A DNA stretch of 64,000 bases, taken from NCBI RefSeq assembly GCF_001194135.2, contig NC_068997.1, forward strand, positions 55,794,231 to 55,858,230. Direction: 5' to 3'. The notes beneath the pieces are model-generated. The model did not search any database. It was not told the DNA's origin and was given only the letters and a program-made list of their open reading frames with translations. This document shows positions 12,303 through 25,500 of this stretch, piece after piece. Made by a program: the position numbers and the translations under genes. This stretch comes from Octopus bimaculoides (taxonomy: Eukaryota). Position 1 is the first letter of the stretch, and each line of letters starts with the position of its first letter.

Positions 12303-12398
12303 CTGTTCCATTTCCATTGGAATTGTATTAAACATTTCTACTTTCTTCCAATTTTCTCCAAGTCTGTTTCCTTCTTTACATTATCACTAACCATTCTA
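12303..12398 (-). CDS. Upstream exon ending ..VEMFNTIPMEMEQ; either first coding exon (ATG at 12335) or a frameshifted internal exon
   Basis: Perfect donor CAG|GTAAGT and acceptor gttttaaag. No single frame is open across the full 96 nt. Confidence 0.45.
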
Positions 12399-14217
12399 CT
12401 TTAAAACATTTCTTTCTGATAATTTCTTTTCATTAATTAACAGCTTTCCCACTCATCAAATACTAATCACATTAATTTTGCCAGACATGTTTTGTCCAAT
12501 CATTTTTGAAGTTTAACATTATTCACAAAACCATGAATTATATTTTTGTATTTATACAAACATAGAGAAAATTACTGTATTACAAGTACACAAATCTTAT
12601 CTATCTATCTATCTGTCTGTCTGTCTATATCTATATGTATGTTACAATATTTCTATTAAACAGCTTATTTGATTATCAGTTGAATTATTCAGTGCCAAAG
12701 AACCTCTTCTCAGTTGGAGTTATGCATATGTCGACTCTATAATAATTGTTTATTAAATACAGATTGATAATAAACTACTTCGTTTTATTATATCTTAATT
12801 ACAGAAGACAAGTTTTGTCTAAGACAAAAATTTTAGAAAAGTTCTCCAAGAAAGTCAATCATTGCATTATGATTGGAAATATTCCAATACGTATATTCTA
12901 GATACTTTGTAATTTTGAAGAAAATCCTGCTTCTTGTATTTATGTTTCTCTTCTAATTTTATTGTGTTTCATTTCCTATTTTATTGTGTTTTGTAGTATT
13001 GTGTGGCTGAGTGGTGAAGATGTTGAGCTCATGGTCATTAAATTCTAAGTTTGATGCTCAGACCAGATGCCACATTGTGCCTTTGAACAAGACGTGTTGC
13101 AGTGACTCCTGAGAATCAACTCTGCAACGGAATAATCTTGTGTCTGTCATTAGAAACAGTAGTGTCAAATTCAACAGAGTTCCAGCAAAAATATTCAACG
13201 GAGAATCTTGTGTCACCAGAAAGAGAAGCTGTTGAGACGAATGAAGGCAGTAACATGAACATCTAACCCTAGTTTCCTGAGAATCAATGGCCACAGCTCC
13301 ATAAATGGCAGAGATCATCTCTTGTTCGGTCCTGAAAACATCTGAGTAGATATTCTGTTGTCTAAAGGTAGCAACCAGTACCACCATTCCATCGTTGTGT
13401 GACTAAAAAAGAGATAATGGGTACAGAGAAAGGTATTCCACCTGATGGAGAAAATATAGAAGGAAAAAGGAGAATAAAAGCCACAAAAACGAGAAAATCA
13501 GCAAAAAACATTTATTAAAATGAGTGAAGAGGAATAAACTCTTCTTCAGAGGAATAATGAAGACAATGAAGAAAAGGAGAAAGAAGTGAGAGTCACAGCA
13601 TTGAAAAATGAAACCAACAGATAAAGGACAAAAAAGTAGGTATGTGTAGTGCTCAGTTGGGAGTTTTATGAATATAGGAAAGGTGCAGAATTCCAGTTTG
13701 TGGACATTGAGATATCACAGTGGACTCAAGCAGTCTTCTTCTGCAAGGAAAAGTGTGGGAATTTGTTGTTGCATGAAAAAGGGGAGAAAAAAAAAAAGAA
13801 AAAGAAAAAACAATACAAATATCACCGAGTGGGAGGAAGAGATAGAGGGAGAGACTGAAAGACAGTGATACACGTTAAACCTTTTGGGATTAAAATAAAG
13901 TGATCTTAAATTCTAAAACAAAATTATTACAAGGATAAAATAGCTCAGTTTATGTTAGAAAAGGGATTTGAAATGAATTTTCTGAAGTCCAGTCTGTACC
14001 CATGCAGACAGACTGTTCCCCTCTCCCGCCATAATCATGAAACAAGGGACTGAAATAGTATGGTGAAGTTTAGAGTTCTCTATGGAAACACAAAAGCAAC
14101 CAAAATATCACCAAGAGAGGGAGAGGAAGAAACTGAGTACATTTTACCAAAAGACTTCTGCACCTATATCGCTATCTGCCTTTCGCTCGTCTTCACACCC
14201 TCTATCTATTCCTCCCT

Positions 14218-14248
<31 letters not shown>

Positions 14249-14298
14249 CACTTGGCAATAATTTTGTTGTGTTTATGTTGTTGTTCTCCTTCTTCTCA

Positions 14299-14302
14299 TT
14301 AC

Positions 14303-14339
<37 letters not shown>
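14299..14339. repeat. (TTA)n tract forming the (TAA)n tail/target of the Dong element
   Basis: Direct repeat abutting the element 3' end. Confidence 0.9.
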
Positions 14340-14605
14340 TCTTTTTATCACAGGTTTTGCTGGAACTCCTGGAGTCTTGCATGCATAGCAGGCTTGCTAT
14401 GGTACCAGGCTATTCGTTCTGTTCAGCTATCTAATACTTTCCTGATTGTTCTGGCCGTGCCAATGAGGCAAACCTTTTCTAACAGTTCCACTGGGCACTC
14501 GATTCCAATTTCCTTTATATTCCTCTTGATGCCTTCTGATACTGTTCCCAAAGATCCAACAATAATTGGCACTATCTTCCCCTTCTTCATTTTCCATGGC
14601 CAGGG
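14340..14605 (-). mobile_element. Dong/R4-clade non-LTR retrotransposon, 5'-truncated 3' end
   Basis: WKMKKGKIVPIIVGSLGTV..ELLEKVCLIGTARTIRKVLDS* matches the end of the R4/Dong restriction-like endonuclease domain, followed by a short 3' UTR and (TAA)n. Confidence 0.9.
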
Positions 14606-15957
14606 TATCATCATCATCATCATCATCATTATTGTTGTTATTAAAATGAATACAGAGTTCAAATTATCTCTATTTTTTTTTCTTATTAACGATTTTTCCT
14701 ATTTCATTTTATTAGTTGTGTATATTTTGTTTGTAAGAGTAAATTTGCTTGGTGCATCAATGCTTCTAGACCTTCATGATCTGGATAAAGTGAAGCAGTT
14801 TCTCATATACACAAATGTATGTACATATAATTCATGTGCATTTAAAAATGGGAATGAAGGCCTAACATTGCAATTCAGTGCTTTACATCTAATAGAATTG
14901 TAGAAGAACAATATATGTATGTGCCAACAGAGAATATACGAAATAACCCATGATGAATAATGAAAATGCATTCAGTGTCAACAGAAGATTTTCTAGTATA
15001 AAACTAAGTTAAAAACTCTATGTGATCAGCAATGGTAGAATTGTGATTTCAATTTTCTCAGACCTAATATAGCTGAGTTATGTGCTCTCGCATATTAACT
15101 TTACAAACATTCTGTTACAGCCCATGGTGCTGCATTGACAAAAAGTGGACCGAATTTAATTATACATTATATGCTTGGTTGATACATTGGATTTTAAATC
15201 CCCAAAGATCTTCAGAACTAGATTAAGTTGCGTTGCAGGAAATGGATGGAAATAAACTAGAATTCAAGGAATGGAGTTGAAGACAGGAATATAAAACAAA
15301 ATTTTCCATAAAATCTACAGAAATATGAATTTAGAATAAATTGTGGATCTCGAGATGTCAGAAAGTCTATGGAGTTAAGTGATAACTTCTCTTAATGGAA
15401 TTACTTGTCATTTGGTAGCCAGAGCTCAGTTTTCGATAAAAGTTTTGATTTGATTCTTGGGATTTCATAGCAAACTCTTCGAGATTAGTGAAAAGCACTT
15501 ATTAGTAACATTTACTAAGAGACATGTGTTTCTTATTAGATATATAGTGGAAATTAATGTTAACGTGACACAAACGAGAATTCATTATTAAATTAGGTAT
15601 CAAAATTAGAATAAATTAAGTAAACCACATGAGACTGTAATGGAGTTTAATATGAAGGAATGTTAGTTAATTAAGTGCCAACTTAAATACTGCCAGCAAA
15701 ACTAATTATTCTGCCACAGTGTTAGTTAAAGGTTGATCTTGTTAACTGGCAGGTGAACCGACAAATTTCTGTACTATTTGTACATCACACCTTTCTAATA
15801 CTTAAACACAACCTTCACCCAGATATTATGTTGTCCTCCTCATTAACATTCCCCACCCCCATTCAAGACAACCGACTGGGAGTCACTGAGAGATCCTCTT
15901 TGTTACTGCTCAACCTGCTAGAAATAGTAGCCAAATCTCTTTCAAATCATCCTACCA

Positions 15958-16127
15958 TATTGGTTTTGAATTTTGGCACAAGTCCAGCAATTTTTGCGGA
16001 AGGGGCAAATTGATTTATTGACCCCTGAAAGGATGAAAGGCAAAGTCAACCTCAGAATATAAAGATGGACAAAATGCCGCTAAGCATTTTGCCTGGCATG
16101 CCAATGATTTTGCCAGGCTTCCTCCTT
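15958..16127 (-). mobile_element. SINE family B, internally deleted
   Basis: gacccctgaaaggatgaaaggcaaagtcaacctc and ctaagcattttgcc. Confidence 0.8.
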
Positions 16128-17911
16128 AAATCCCCCAACTATAGTGACAAAAAGAAAGGATACATGGTATAATGTATTCCAATGTTTATATCTGCTCACA
16201 ACTATATGGCCACCTAAAACCACAAGCAAAAGCATGATAAATGCTATGAGATCATACTCATTTGTAAGTGGTGGCTTTGATGCTATGGTCTTGAAGCCAA
16301 TTGAATTATCATAGAGTTATTAAAAACATTTATATTTAGTGTGTATACATTTTAGTTCTTGGAGTGTCTAGTAAAAAATAAACATACTTTCATAGGAAAT
16401 GGACATGAAATGAGATCCATGAGCTTAATTATACCTAGTACATTGTAAATAGAGTCCTACATGAAAAGGAAAAAAGGTTTGTGGCTATCATCATCACTAG
16501 CATCCTTTAACATCTATTTTCCATGCTGGCATGGGTTGGGTGGTTTGACAAGAGCTGGCAGAAGACTGTGCTAAGCAAAGTTATTAATTTTAAACTAAAC
16601 TGATGCACATATTAACTCGTTACAGGTTGAATAGTTTGTAATAACAACTGAAACTGCAAAAGTTGTTGAAGCTATCAATTCTTGAGTAAAACTCTGAGCA
16701 GAGCGATTTGTTGTAGGGTTTGTAGCATAATGTAGGGGCTGAAGCTGCAATGGCTAGTTGTTTCAGAGCTGTTGATTCCAGCCAAAATGGGTTTCTTGCT
16801 ACTGCTGTGTAAACATTAGCTGACTGTTATATAACATAATTGGTTACAAAAGCCAATCAACAGAAGAACATTAATTAATAATCTGTTGACAGGATGTGTA
16901 ACTTGGTATAGCTACTGAAGTTGCAACGGTTTACAAGTGTAAAGTTGTTTGTTCTAATAAAAATGGTTAAAAACATGACGGCATTGCTTTCACTAAATTC
17001 TCCTTGGAAAAAGAAAGGTGAAATTTGTCAAAGCACGTGCTGCCAAGAGCCGTTACCATTCTGTCAAAGTGAGGAACTCTATAAAAGCTACGTGTGATTA
17101 TATAATTAATTTATGCCCACATTAATTAATTTTCCAGGTTAATTCAATCTTTGAATATTCATGAATTCAGTTGTGCTCATAATAAGGAATTGGCTGGTTT
17201 CATTTGAATCATGTCACTTAAGCAGTAATGAAATTATCAAAATGAATGAACCAATTTAGCAACAAACATTTTCCCAACAAATGCCATTGCCACACATTAC
17301 CCATTGCATGTAGCTGGGCTTTCTGATTCCTTGCCATTAAGGCTGCTATTAACATTTAGGAGTTCTCATTTCTGCCATTCCTCAATAAAAATGAATCTTT
17401 TAATAATACTCCCCTTGGTAATGTCTCCACATTTACTGGCCATTTTGCTTCCAATCCTGAATTACACACAAACAACAAAACTTTCCCATGTATTCCTGTT
17501 ACATTCTTTGACACTGGATACACTCGGTCACCAATTGTGGATACTTATTGCCAATCAACCGAACAAGGCAAGGATTTATTTCTACGATGACCTTCAAACA
17601 AAATATGGTTCTCACCTTCATCTGACTCTTCAGCCTCTCTCTCTCTCTCTCACACACACGTGCATGCAGGTAAAGATGCACACACACACACTCTTAAACT
17701 AATTATATCCCCACTTAGCATCCCTTCACTTCTCCCACAAAAAACCGTTGTACACAAACGATTGTGTCGTCTCAGGCCAGGCATTGTTTCTATGAATAAG
17801 AGCTACAAAACGTCATTCAAGGGTGACATGACACTTATTTGTCTTCAAAAGCCACAGCTGTTGCCTAATTCAACAACAATGTTGCACTCATCTTTGCATA
17901 TAAACGATGTA

Positions 17912-18230
17912 TCTTTTATCATTTATCTTCTACTTGTTTCAGTCATTTGGCTGTGGCCATGCTGCAGCACCAACTTCAAGAATTCTTTGTTGAATGAATT
18001 GGCCCCAGAATTTATTTTTAAGCCTGGTACTTGTTCTGTCGGTCCTTTTACCAAATTGTTAACTTACGGTGCCATAAACACACTGACACCAGTTGTCAAG
18101 TGGTGGTAGTGGGGGGACAAACACATATATAAACACACACACACATGGTCAGCCTGAGGTTATACTAGAAGACCACTGGCTCAAAGTGCCACACAGTGAG
18201 ACTGAACCTGGAACCATGTGGTTGGGAAGC
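17912..18230 (-). mobile_element. SINE family A
   Basis: tacttgtttcagtcatttgg tail to gactgaacctggaaccatgtggttgggaagc head. Confidence 0.8.
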
Positions 18231-19689
18231 ACACACACATACAAAAATGTGTGTATGTGTGTGAACATGTATAAACGGAGTCGTTTGTTTACAATCCTTT
18301 GCAAAAATATGTCTGGGTTGTTTGTTATTCAAAAGAGTAGGGGAAATATTTGGAAACAAATGAGGATTAGTGACAGGAAAAGCATTTGACCATAGAAAAA
18401 TCTGCTTCAGGAAAGTCTTATCTGACCCATGAAAGCATTGAAAAGAAGACATTAAAACGATCATTTACACACACACACATATACATGTATGTAAGTGTTT
18501 GTGTGTTGTTTGTAACAATTTAATTCAATTGTTTCTGCTTCAGTAAAGAATTAATCTCTGGAACCATAATGTCTGCTGTTCTTAGACTTTTAAAATAAAG
18601 AAAAAAAAAAACAGAATAATAATGATTGAATACACTTTGAATATTGAAATATCCAAAGGTTTGCTGTAGAAGAAAAAGTTTGAATATCTATATTATATCT
18701 GCTTCATTCCTGATAATGTTTTAAATTATCTTTGGTAACTTCCTCTCATCCTGAATTTCTTTTATTCTTTCCTCTTCATGTAGAGATAACTAACCTCTCT
18801 GATAATAAAATGGTATATTAAAATACTGACCATGATGGCAATACTAATAATATTAATAATACTAATGTTACTTTACTAGTAGAATTAACCGTCTGCTTTA
18901 GATTTTCCCAAAACTAAAATCCAAATAACAGATTTGATTCTTAGTAAACATTTTTGTTTTTTGTGTTTTCTCAAAGTTAAAGTAAAACTATGTAAAAGTT
19001 AGGGAAATGTTTGAAGTGATGATAATGTTCTGTAGCTTACTCTAATGAGTATCATTGGGTCATAAAAGATAGAGTTAAAATTATACATTAGTTGCTTGTC
19101 ATCTTATGCCCCTTCCCCCCACACCTCCACTGGAAATTCAATTCCTTTACCTTCACGCCATAATAATCAATAATTTTATCCGACTACAACTTACTGCGAT
19201 AACAGTTTTATTTTGTAGTCAATTTCAACGTTAATGTGGTCAGCTTCCTCAACTTAACTATCTTTCGCAGATAAAACTATCAGAGGAAGTATTTCATGTA
19301 TGTTAATTAAAAGTCTTTAAGAAGTGTTTTGCTGGGTTTTAACTCAATCTTATCCACTGTGTGATAAAATATTTTATATTTCTGATGTTTTCAAATTACT
19401 TTAACATATCCCTGACACATGGATGAGAGATCAGTGTGATTAATACTTAAATCATTAAACCTTTGCTAAAATAGACTTCAGGTAACTGTTGGGAGATAAT
19501 CAAGTCAGGATGTCATTATTTCTTAACCAACAAGTGTAAGGGTATTATTTTCTACCTCTTCTCTCTCAGCTGTTTCCTTCTTATGTGTGCTGGGCATACT
19601 CATAAATATAATTACTTTTTTTTTCTTTATCAAGCACAAAATGCATGTGTGTAGGTATATATATATATATATATATATATATTAAGGGC

Positions 19690-19757
19690 ATGGACATCTA
19701 GTACTACCTTTGCAGACCACCAAGGGTCCACGGACCCCAGGCTGGGAACCACTGATA
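19690..19757. mobile_element. hAT MITE terminal remnant
   Basis: ggtccacggaccccaggctgggaaccactg resembles a Charlie-type end (rc CAGTGGTTCCCA). Confidence 0.45.
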
Positions 19758-19829
19758 CATACCAATGACAGCGGTTAGAGTTAAAGCAAAATTAAATATT
19801 CTCATGGGTTGCATTACTAATTTTGTTAC

Positions 19830-20092
19830 TATCATCATCATCATCTTCATTTAACGTCCTCCTCCCATGTTGCCATGGGCTGGATAGTTTGACAGGAGCT
19901 GGCCAGGTAGAAGACTACCCCAGGCTACTGTGTCTGTTCTGGCAAGATTTTTTTTATGGCTGGATCCCTTTCCTAGCACCAACCACCCTGCAGAGTGGGC
20001 TGAATGTTTTTTACGTGGCACCAGCACATGTGAGGTCAGTTTTGGCATGGCTTTCACAGCTGGATGCCCTTCCAAATGCTAACCACTTAACA
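19830..20092 (-). mobile_element. Family C non-autonomous retroposon with RTE-like 3' motif
   Basis: (atc)n-tttaacgtcc..catgggctgga..gctggatgcccttcc..aaccac; homologous to 39680-39985 and 51370-51600. Confidence 0.8.
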
Positions 20093-20174
20093 ATATCTAT
20101 ATCATTAATATTTCTGATATTCATAAATCTCTAATATTTACATATTGCTTTAATTATTTTCCCACCTAATTATG

Positions 20175-20390
20175 GAGCTGATATGGCTGAATCATTAGCA
20201 CAGCAGGCAAAATGCTTAGCAGCACTTCACCTGTTTTAACATTCTGGGTTCAAACATTGCTATTGTTGACTTTGCCTTTCATCTTTTCGAGATCGATAAA
20301 GCAAATACCAGCTGATCACTGGAGTCAATGTAACTGACTTAACCCTTACACTCCGAAATTGCTGGCCATGTGTTAAAATTAAAAATTAAT
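20175..20390 (+). mobile_element. SINE family B
   Basis: ggctgaatcattagcac..aaatgcttagc..gactttgcctttcatc..gataaa. Confidence 0.8.
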
Positions 20391-20539
20391 ATCAATATAC
20401 AAATATTATTTGATATTTATAAACAAATATTATATACACAAACAGTATTAAAAGAAGCATATTTTTTGATAGTTTTCATTTCAGCAATGTAATCACAAAG
20501 AGTTTTATTTTATATTTAATCTGTGTTACTACCATGTGT

Positions 20540-20650
20540 GTTTCTATCCTGTCATTATTGGTTGCATTTGACATTGGAAGCTGAACTCATCCTAACACCT
20601 CAGAAAAGCTGTGTTACTTAGAAACTGCAGATGTTACTCTACGGACATAT
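20540..20650 (+). mobile_element. Degenerate Dong/R4 3' remnant
   Basis: PVIIG and KAVLL.TA motifs across frameshifts. Confidence 0.35.
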
Positions 20651-21309
20651 CAAGCAATAAAACATTTGCGAAATGAAACTCAAATATCTCCAGAGAAAAA
20701 TTAAGTCTGTGATTGAGTTGAAATAGAGTCTGACTTAACATTCTTAAAATGTTTTAACTGATTGTGAAACAAGTGTTTTATAAGATTTGACTATCCCCCC
20801 CCCCCCAAAAAAAAAACAATAGAAGATAGATAGATTTCTAAAATTAACAAAATAAAATCAATGTTTGTGCATTTTTCTCTGGAGAAATTTTCTCTAAAAT
20901 ATCCAAAATAGAAAAAATAGATGCCAAAATATACATTGTTTTGGTTGTCTTCTCAAAGTTAAACCAGAACATATTCTCACTGATACAATTGTTTTGATTT
21001 CCATTGACAATTTAATAAAATCGACACTACTTTATTTTTAAATATACTTATATGAATCCAAGTCATACTTACTAATCAGTGTAATTGCTAAAATGAAGGG
21101 ACATATGCAAATTGAAAGTATACCGTACTTCAGATAATTAATGCAGAGACACTAAATAAACAGAGGAGGATATTTAAATATCACTCAGATTAGCATACCA
21201 GTGAAACGGTTTAGTATGTTGTATCTATATATGTATATGTATGAATGTACATATGAATATATGTATGTGTGTGTACATATATATATATGTATATATTTAT
21301 GTATATATT

Positions 21310-21316
21310 CACAGGA

Positions 21317-21388
<72 letters not shown>

Positions 21389-21390
21389 GT
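21310..21390. repeat. (TCTA)n microsatellite
   Basis: Direct repeat. Confidence 0.95.
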
Positions 21391-21829
21391 ATGAATGTAT
21401 GTATATCATAAACATTTAAAGTTCATTTTCTATGATGGCATTGGCTGGTCGGCTCAACATGATCTGGAGAGGAAGAAAACTGTGTGAAGTTCCAATGTCT
21501 GCTTTGGCTTGGTTCCTACTGCTGGATGCCTTTCCTAATGCCAAACGTCTTAAAGGAGGTGATGAGTGCTTCTTAATGGCACTGACGCCAGTTGCCAAGT
21601 AACTCACATATGCACACACACAACCCCCCCCCCACATACACACACACGCATCTTATCTGTATAGTGGGAAGATAACATATATGTATACTTTATATATAGT
21701 TGTATGGACAATATCCTGGCACATGACATCCTAGCGGTACTTTTAGATCTGGTAGACCAAGTCCTCTCCAGGTCTAACCATTGCCAATTTCTTCTAGAAA
21801 GTGGAACGGACAGAAATAAGGAAAGAGAG

Positions 21830-21970
21830 GAGTCAATCTCAGTACATGACTGGTACTTTATTAACTGACCACAAAAGAATGAAAGGTAAAGTTCACCTCA
21901 ATGGGAATTGAACTCATAGAGCCAGAATACGTACCATACTTTAACAACGCTGCCAATTAGCTACCTTAAT
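21830..21970 (-). mobile_element. SINE family B, degenerate
   Basis: ctggtacttt..gaatgaaaggtaaagttcacctc..gaattgaactca. Confidence 0.65.
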
Positions 21971-22027
21971 ACTGACATGGATGTTCACATTTATGTTTTG
22001 CTTCTTGCTTTAGTATAGAGACAAGTG

Positions 22028-22236
22028 ATAAGGTGGTGAACTGGTTGAATCATTAGCACAACAGGCAAAATGCTTTGTTCATCTTTATGCTTTGAGTTCA
22101 AATCCTGATGATGCCAACTTTGTCTTTCATCCTTTCAGGGTCAGTAAGCTAAGTACCAAGTGAGCACTGAGGTTGATGTAATTCACTTAATTCTTTCCCT
22201 AAAATTGCTGGCCTTGTGCCAAAATTTGAAACCAAT
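22028..22236 (+). mobile_element. SINE family B
   Basis: taaggtggtgaactgg head, ctttcatcctttcaggggtc core, gccaaaatttgaaacc tail. Confidence 0.8.
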
Positions 22237-23399
22237 ACAGAGATAGCTGTGCACATGTATAAATACAATTTGAAGCACATTATTTCTATATAATTCTCTT
22301 ACATTCAGAAAAACTATTTAAATTCATACACTTGCTGGGCAATAGAAAAGGAGAGAAGAGAAAAGGTAAAAACAGAATTAATTTTACAAACAACACCACA
22401 CTGAACAGATGACATTTCAGTGTGAGGTCATCCATTGACCGGTGGATATAAATGGCCATAATGACACTTGATACAATGACTGACCATCTGTTTAATAAAT
22501 ATTTTGGCTTTGGACAAGCAAACCATTGAAAAAGGAATGTACAAATGTATTGTCTGTAGACTGAACACTGGGATGAAGTTTTGAGTGAGTTTTTAGAATT
22601 GCCATAAATCACAGGAATTTTGACAAGGACGTCTTTGCAAAAATATTGGTTTATGGTTGAATAATTTGTTTACTAGAAATTGTTCATTTAAAAAACTATT
22701 GCACCAGACAGCTTTCTATTTTATTCTAAAAGACATTATTATATATATTATTATATATAAATATTATTTCTCCAAATAAACATTTAAATATGATATTGTC
22801 TGTTTTAGTGACAATCAGGTACTTGGAGGTTTTTTCTTCCACTTATAACTCTGAACTTGCCCTCAATTGCCTTTGTGATTTCTTTTATTGTTGCTAATAT
22901 TTATGTGCTGTCAGGGTTAGTCTCTTCAAATTAGCATGTACTGCACTTCCGATAATGAATGCTGTACAATCTTCCCAATATTTTCTGCTTTGGGTATTTT
23001 AATGAGACCCCCTGATGTCTTCATTACTGTTTTGTAAACCTCTGATGAAAACGGTCATTATGTTGAACTATAAAACATCTGTAAAACCTTTCAAGTCCTG
23101 CTGCATAAAGATTGTCTGTGATGGTAATACTGATGGAGTCTCTGCAATTAATTCTGAGGACATATCTGAGCATAAACACTGAAAATTTACAAAACTCTGA
23201 GATCAGTTTGAAATTCTACTTTTAGAATCAAAATATATTGCTAACCATTTACAAAGTGAAAATAAAGTAAAAAAAAAAAAAAATACTAAACAAAACAAAC
23301 TCACTGTATGAAGTTTCTGCTAAGTCTGCTGTTACAAATAATTAGAACCCCCCCCCCAAAAAAAAAACAAATCAGTGATGTACAACATTAAAAACAATG

Positions 23400-25500
23400 T
23401 TTACTAATTTTTAGTTGTTTATTTTGTTGAGTAGATGCATAAGTTCAAATTGTAGTTCTTGGAACTAGCATTGGTATACCATAGTTTTATTTTAGTTAAT
23501 TCATTTGAGAGCTCTATGTCATTTATGTTTACATCAGCTTCATAAATTTCTAAAAATGACACATGCAGTTTGTGGTCAAAAGATTTCATGACATAGGCAG
23601 GCATTTCCAGAGGAATTAAAAAAAAAGCAGAAATATTTTGGCAGCTTCCAATCTCCTTGTTAGATCAGCAAATGACAGGACTGACACTAGCATAAAAAAC
23701 AAATGTGAGTCAGCAATAATGATTCTGCGAGTGTGTCAGGATTTTTTGCCTGGCTTTCATCACTTGACTGGTTCTCATTAAAAACTTTCTTTCACTTTCT
23801 CTCCTTTGTACTTTAGTTCCAGTTTTTAGATTTATGGTGACATGTTTTAATTCTGTCAGCAGAATGTAAAGTTGATATCACAGTTTCTGTAGATTTTCAA
23901 TAAAAATTTCAATGCTGTTCACTTTGGTATCAGCAGTGGTATCGCTTACCTGTAATACCAAGCTGCAAATGTTGATGAGAGCAAGAATGTTAAACTGGCT
24001 GGAAGAGAAGAGTCCACAACCGAAAGAGGACACATACCTATTATTAGCTCCACTTCTTTGCTTCTGGTCTGTGGTATCAGATTGAATTTCAGAACATTCT
24101 GCAGAACAAATTTGTTACCATTGATATTTGTTGCATATAATTATTCACACTAACAGTTTTAGTGAACCACAGATATTTGGAAAATTCTTTCAACAGACAC
24201 ACATCCTGGCAATGAGTGACAAGCTGTGTGTGGTTGAAAGAATTTTCCAGTTTTTGTAATACAGAAAAAGATATTGTAAATGCTATAGTTCTTTAAAAAT
24301 TAACTGCCTCACTACAACATCCTGCCCAAACTGTGCCACACAAATATAATGTGAGAAAATAGCAACAAGATTTCCTTTAATAGCCTCTGTACTCTCTTGT
24401 ACTTGATTACCATATTAGTGTCCTTGACCCAGCAATCTTCCAAGTGAGAATCACTTTTATTCAATGTTTCCTTTATCAGGTTGGTAATTCCAGAAACTGT
24501 TTTCTCACAACAAACTTCAAACAAGAGAAATTTCTCTTGAATCTTAAATTCCAATCTAAACTTTGAAGGTAACGTATGATAAATGTTATCTGTTTGACAT
24601 AGGTGGAATCAGGTGTTGCATCAACTGTTATTGATCTTTCAGAGGACATGTCTTTCAAAACAAAATCAAAGTAAAGAGAAATAAATTTATTTTGTAATTC
24701 AGCTGACAAATAATGTGTTTGTAACCTTTCTCCATTTTTCTGAGTTTCTTCAACTTTCCTGACATAGGATTCAGGTATTGGATCCCAATAAGATAAAGTT
24801 CAACAAACCAAAGGAAGTTACCATTGAGAATATCACCAATCAAATAAAAGGCATCATAGCATGCCAACCCCATTTCACCTTGAACTAAAATAATGTCAAT
24901 TAGTGTAAAAATTTTGTTCAGTTTGCCTTTTCTGTTGCAAGTTGCTTATGCCAAAATGTTCCATGTGTCTGAATAAATTCTTTGTTTAAACTCTCTCCAT
25001 GATACATCATAATTCAATTTATGCTGGTTACTGCATTCAAGGTACGAAAATTCTGTGGCATAATTTTCTCTATTTTCCAGTCCAACACCATCCTCTGTTG
25101 TCAGAGATGATGCAGCAACTTTACCTTTCTTAAAAGTCAACAGAATAAAGAAAATAAGGGTTCTTTCTTGACCTTTTGCTCTGGTTAATCTCTCTCAGAT
25201 ATTTCAATGTTGTGATTCTTCTATTTAAGATGTCATTCGAAAAAGATTACTACTCATTCTCACAAGGAACTGTTTTAGGAAGAAGAAGAATATGTCTGTT
25301 CCACAAATATTTTTCAATGTTTTCCACACTTCCAACCAGAAACCCATCCCACATGTCTTTGATGGGATTCCTTTCTTTAATTTATTTCTGAGTTAGTGCT
25401 AGTCACATTCAAGTGAGAATTATTCAGGCATTGAATAATGGTCCATAATCAACAGGTTCATTAGTGCTGCCATTTAAATGAGACCATCCTGTTTCCAATT
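23400..25500 (-). mobile_element. hAT transposase fossil (Tip100/ZMYM1-like type), many stops and frameshifts
   Basis: Ordered motifs: LECSNQHK..W, NGNFLWFVEL, ELQNKFI, SITVDATPDST.VKQITFIIRY, EKFLLF..LEDC..KYKRVQ..HSL, NWKIL, ELSNEL. No TIRs recognised. Confidence 0.85.

Noticed and set aside
13058-13820. Purine-rich, Lys/Glu-coding-like stretch
   Set aside because: Frequent stops, no splice or domain signature; probably low-complexity or old TE sequence.
22800-23190. Coding-like minus-strand segment adjacent to the hAT fossil
   Set aside because: Stops in every frame and no motif assignable to hAT or another family.
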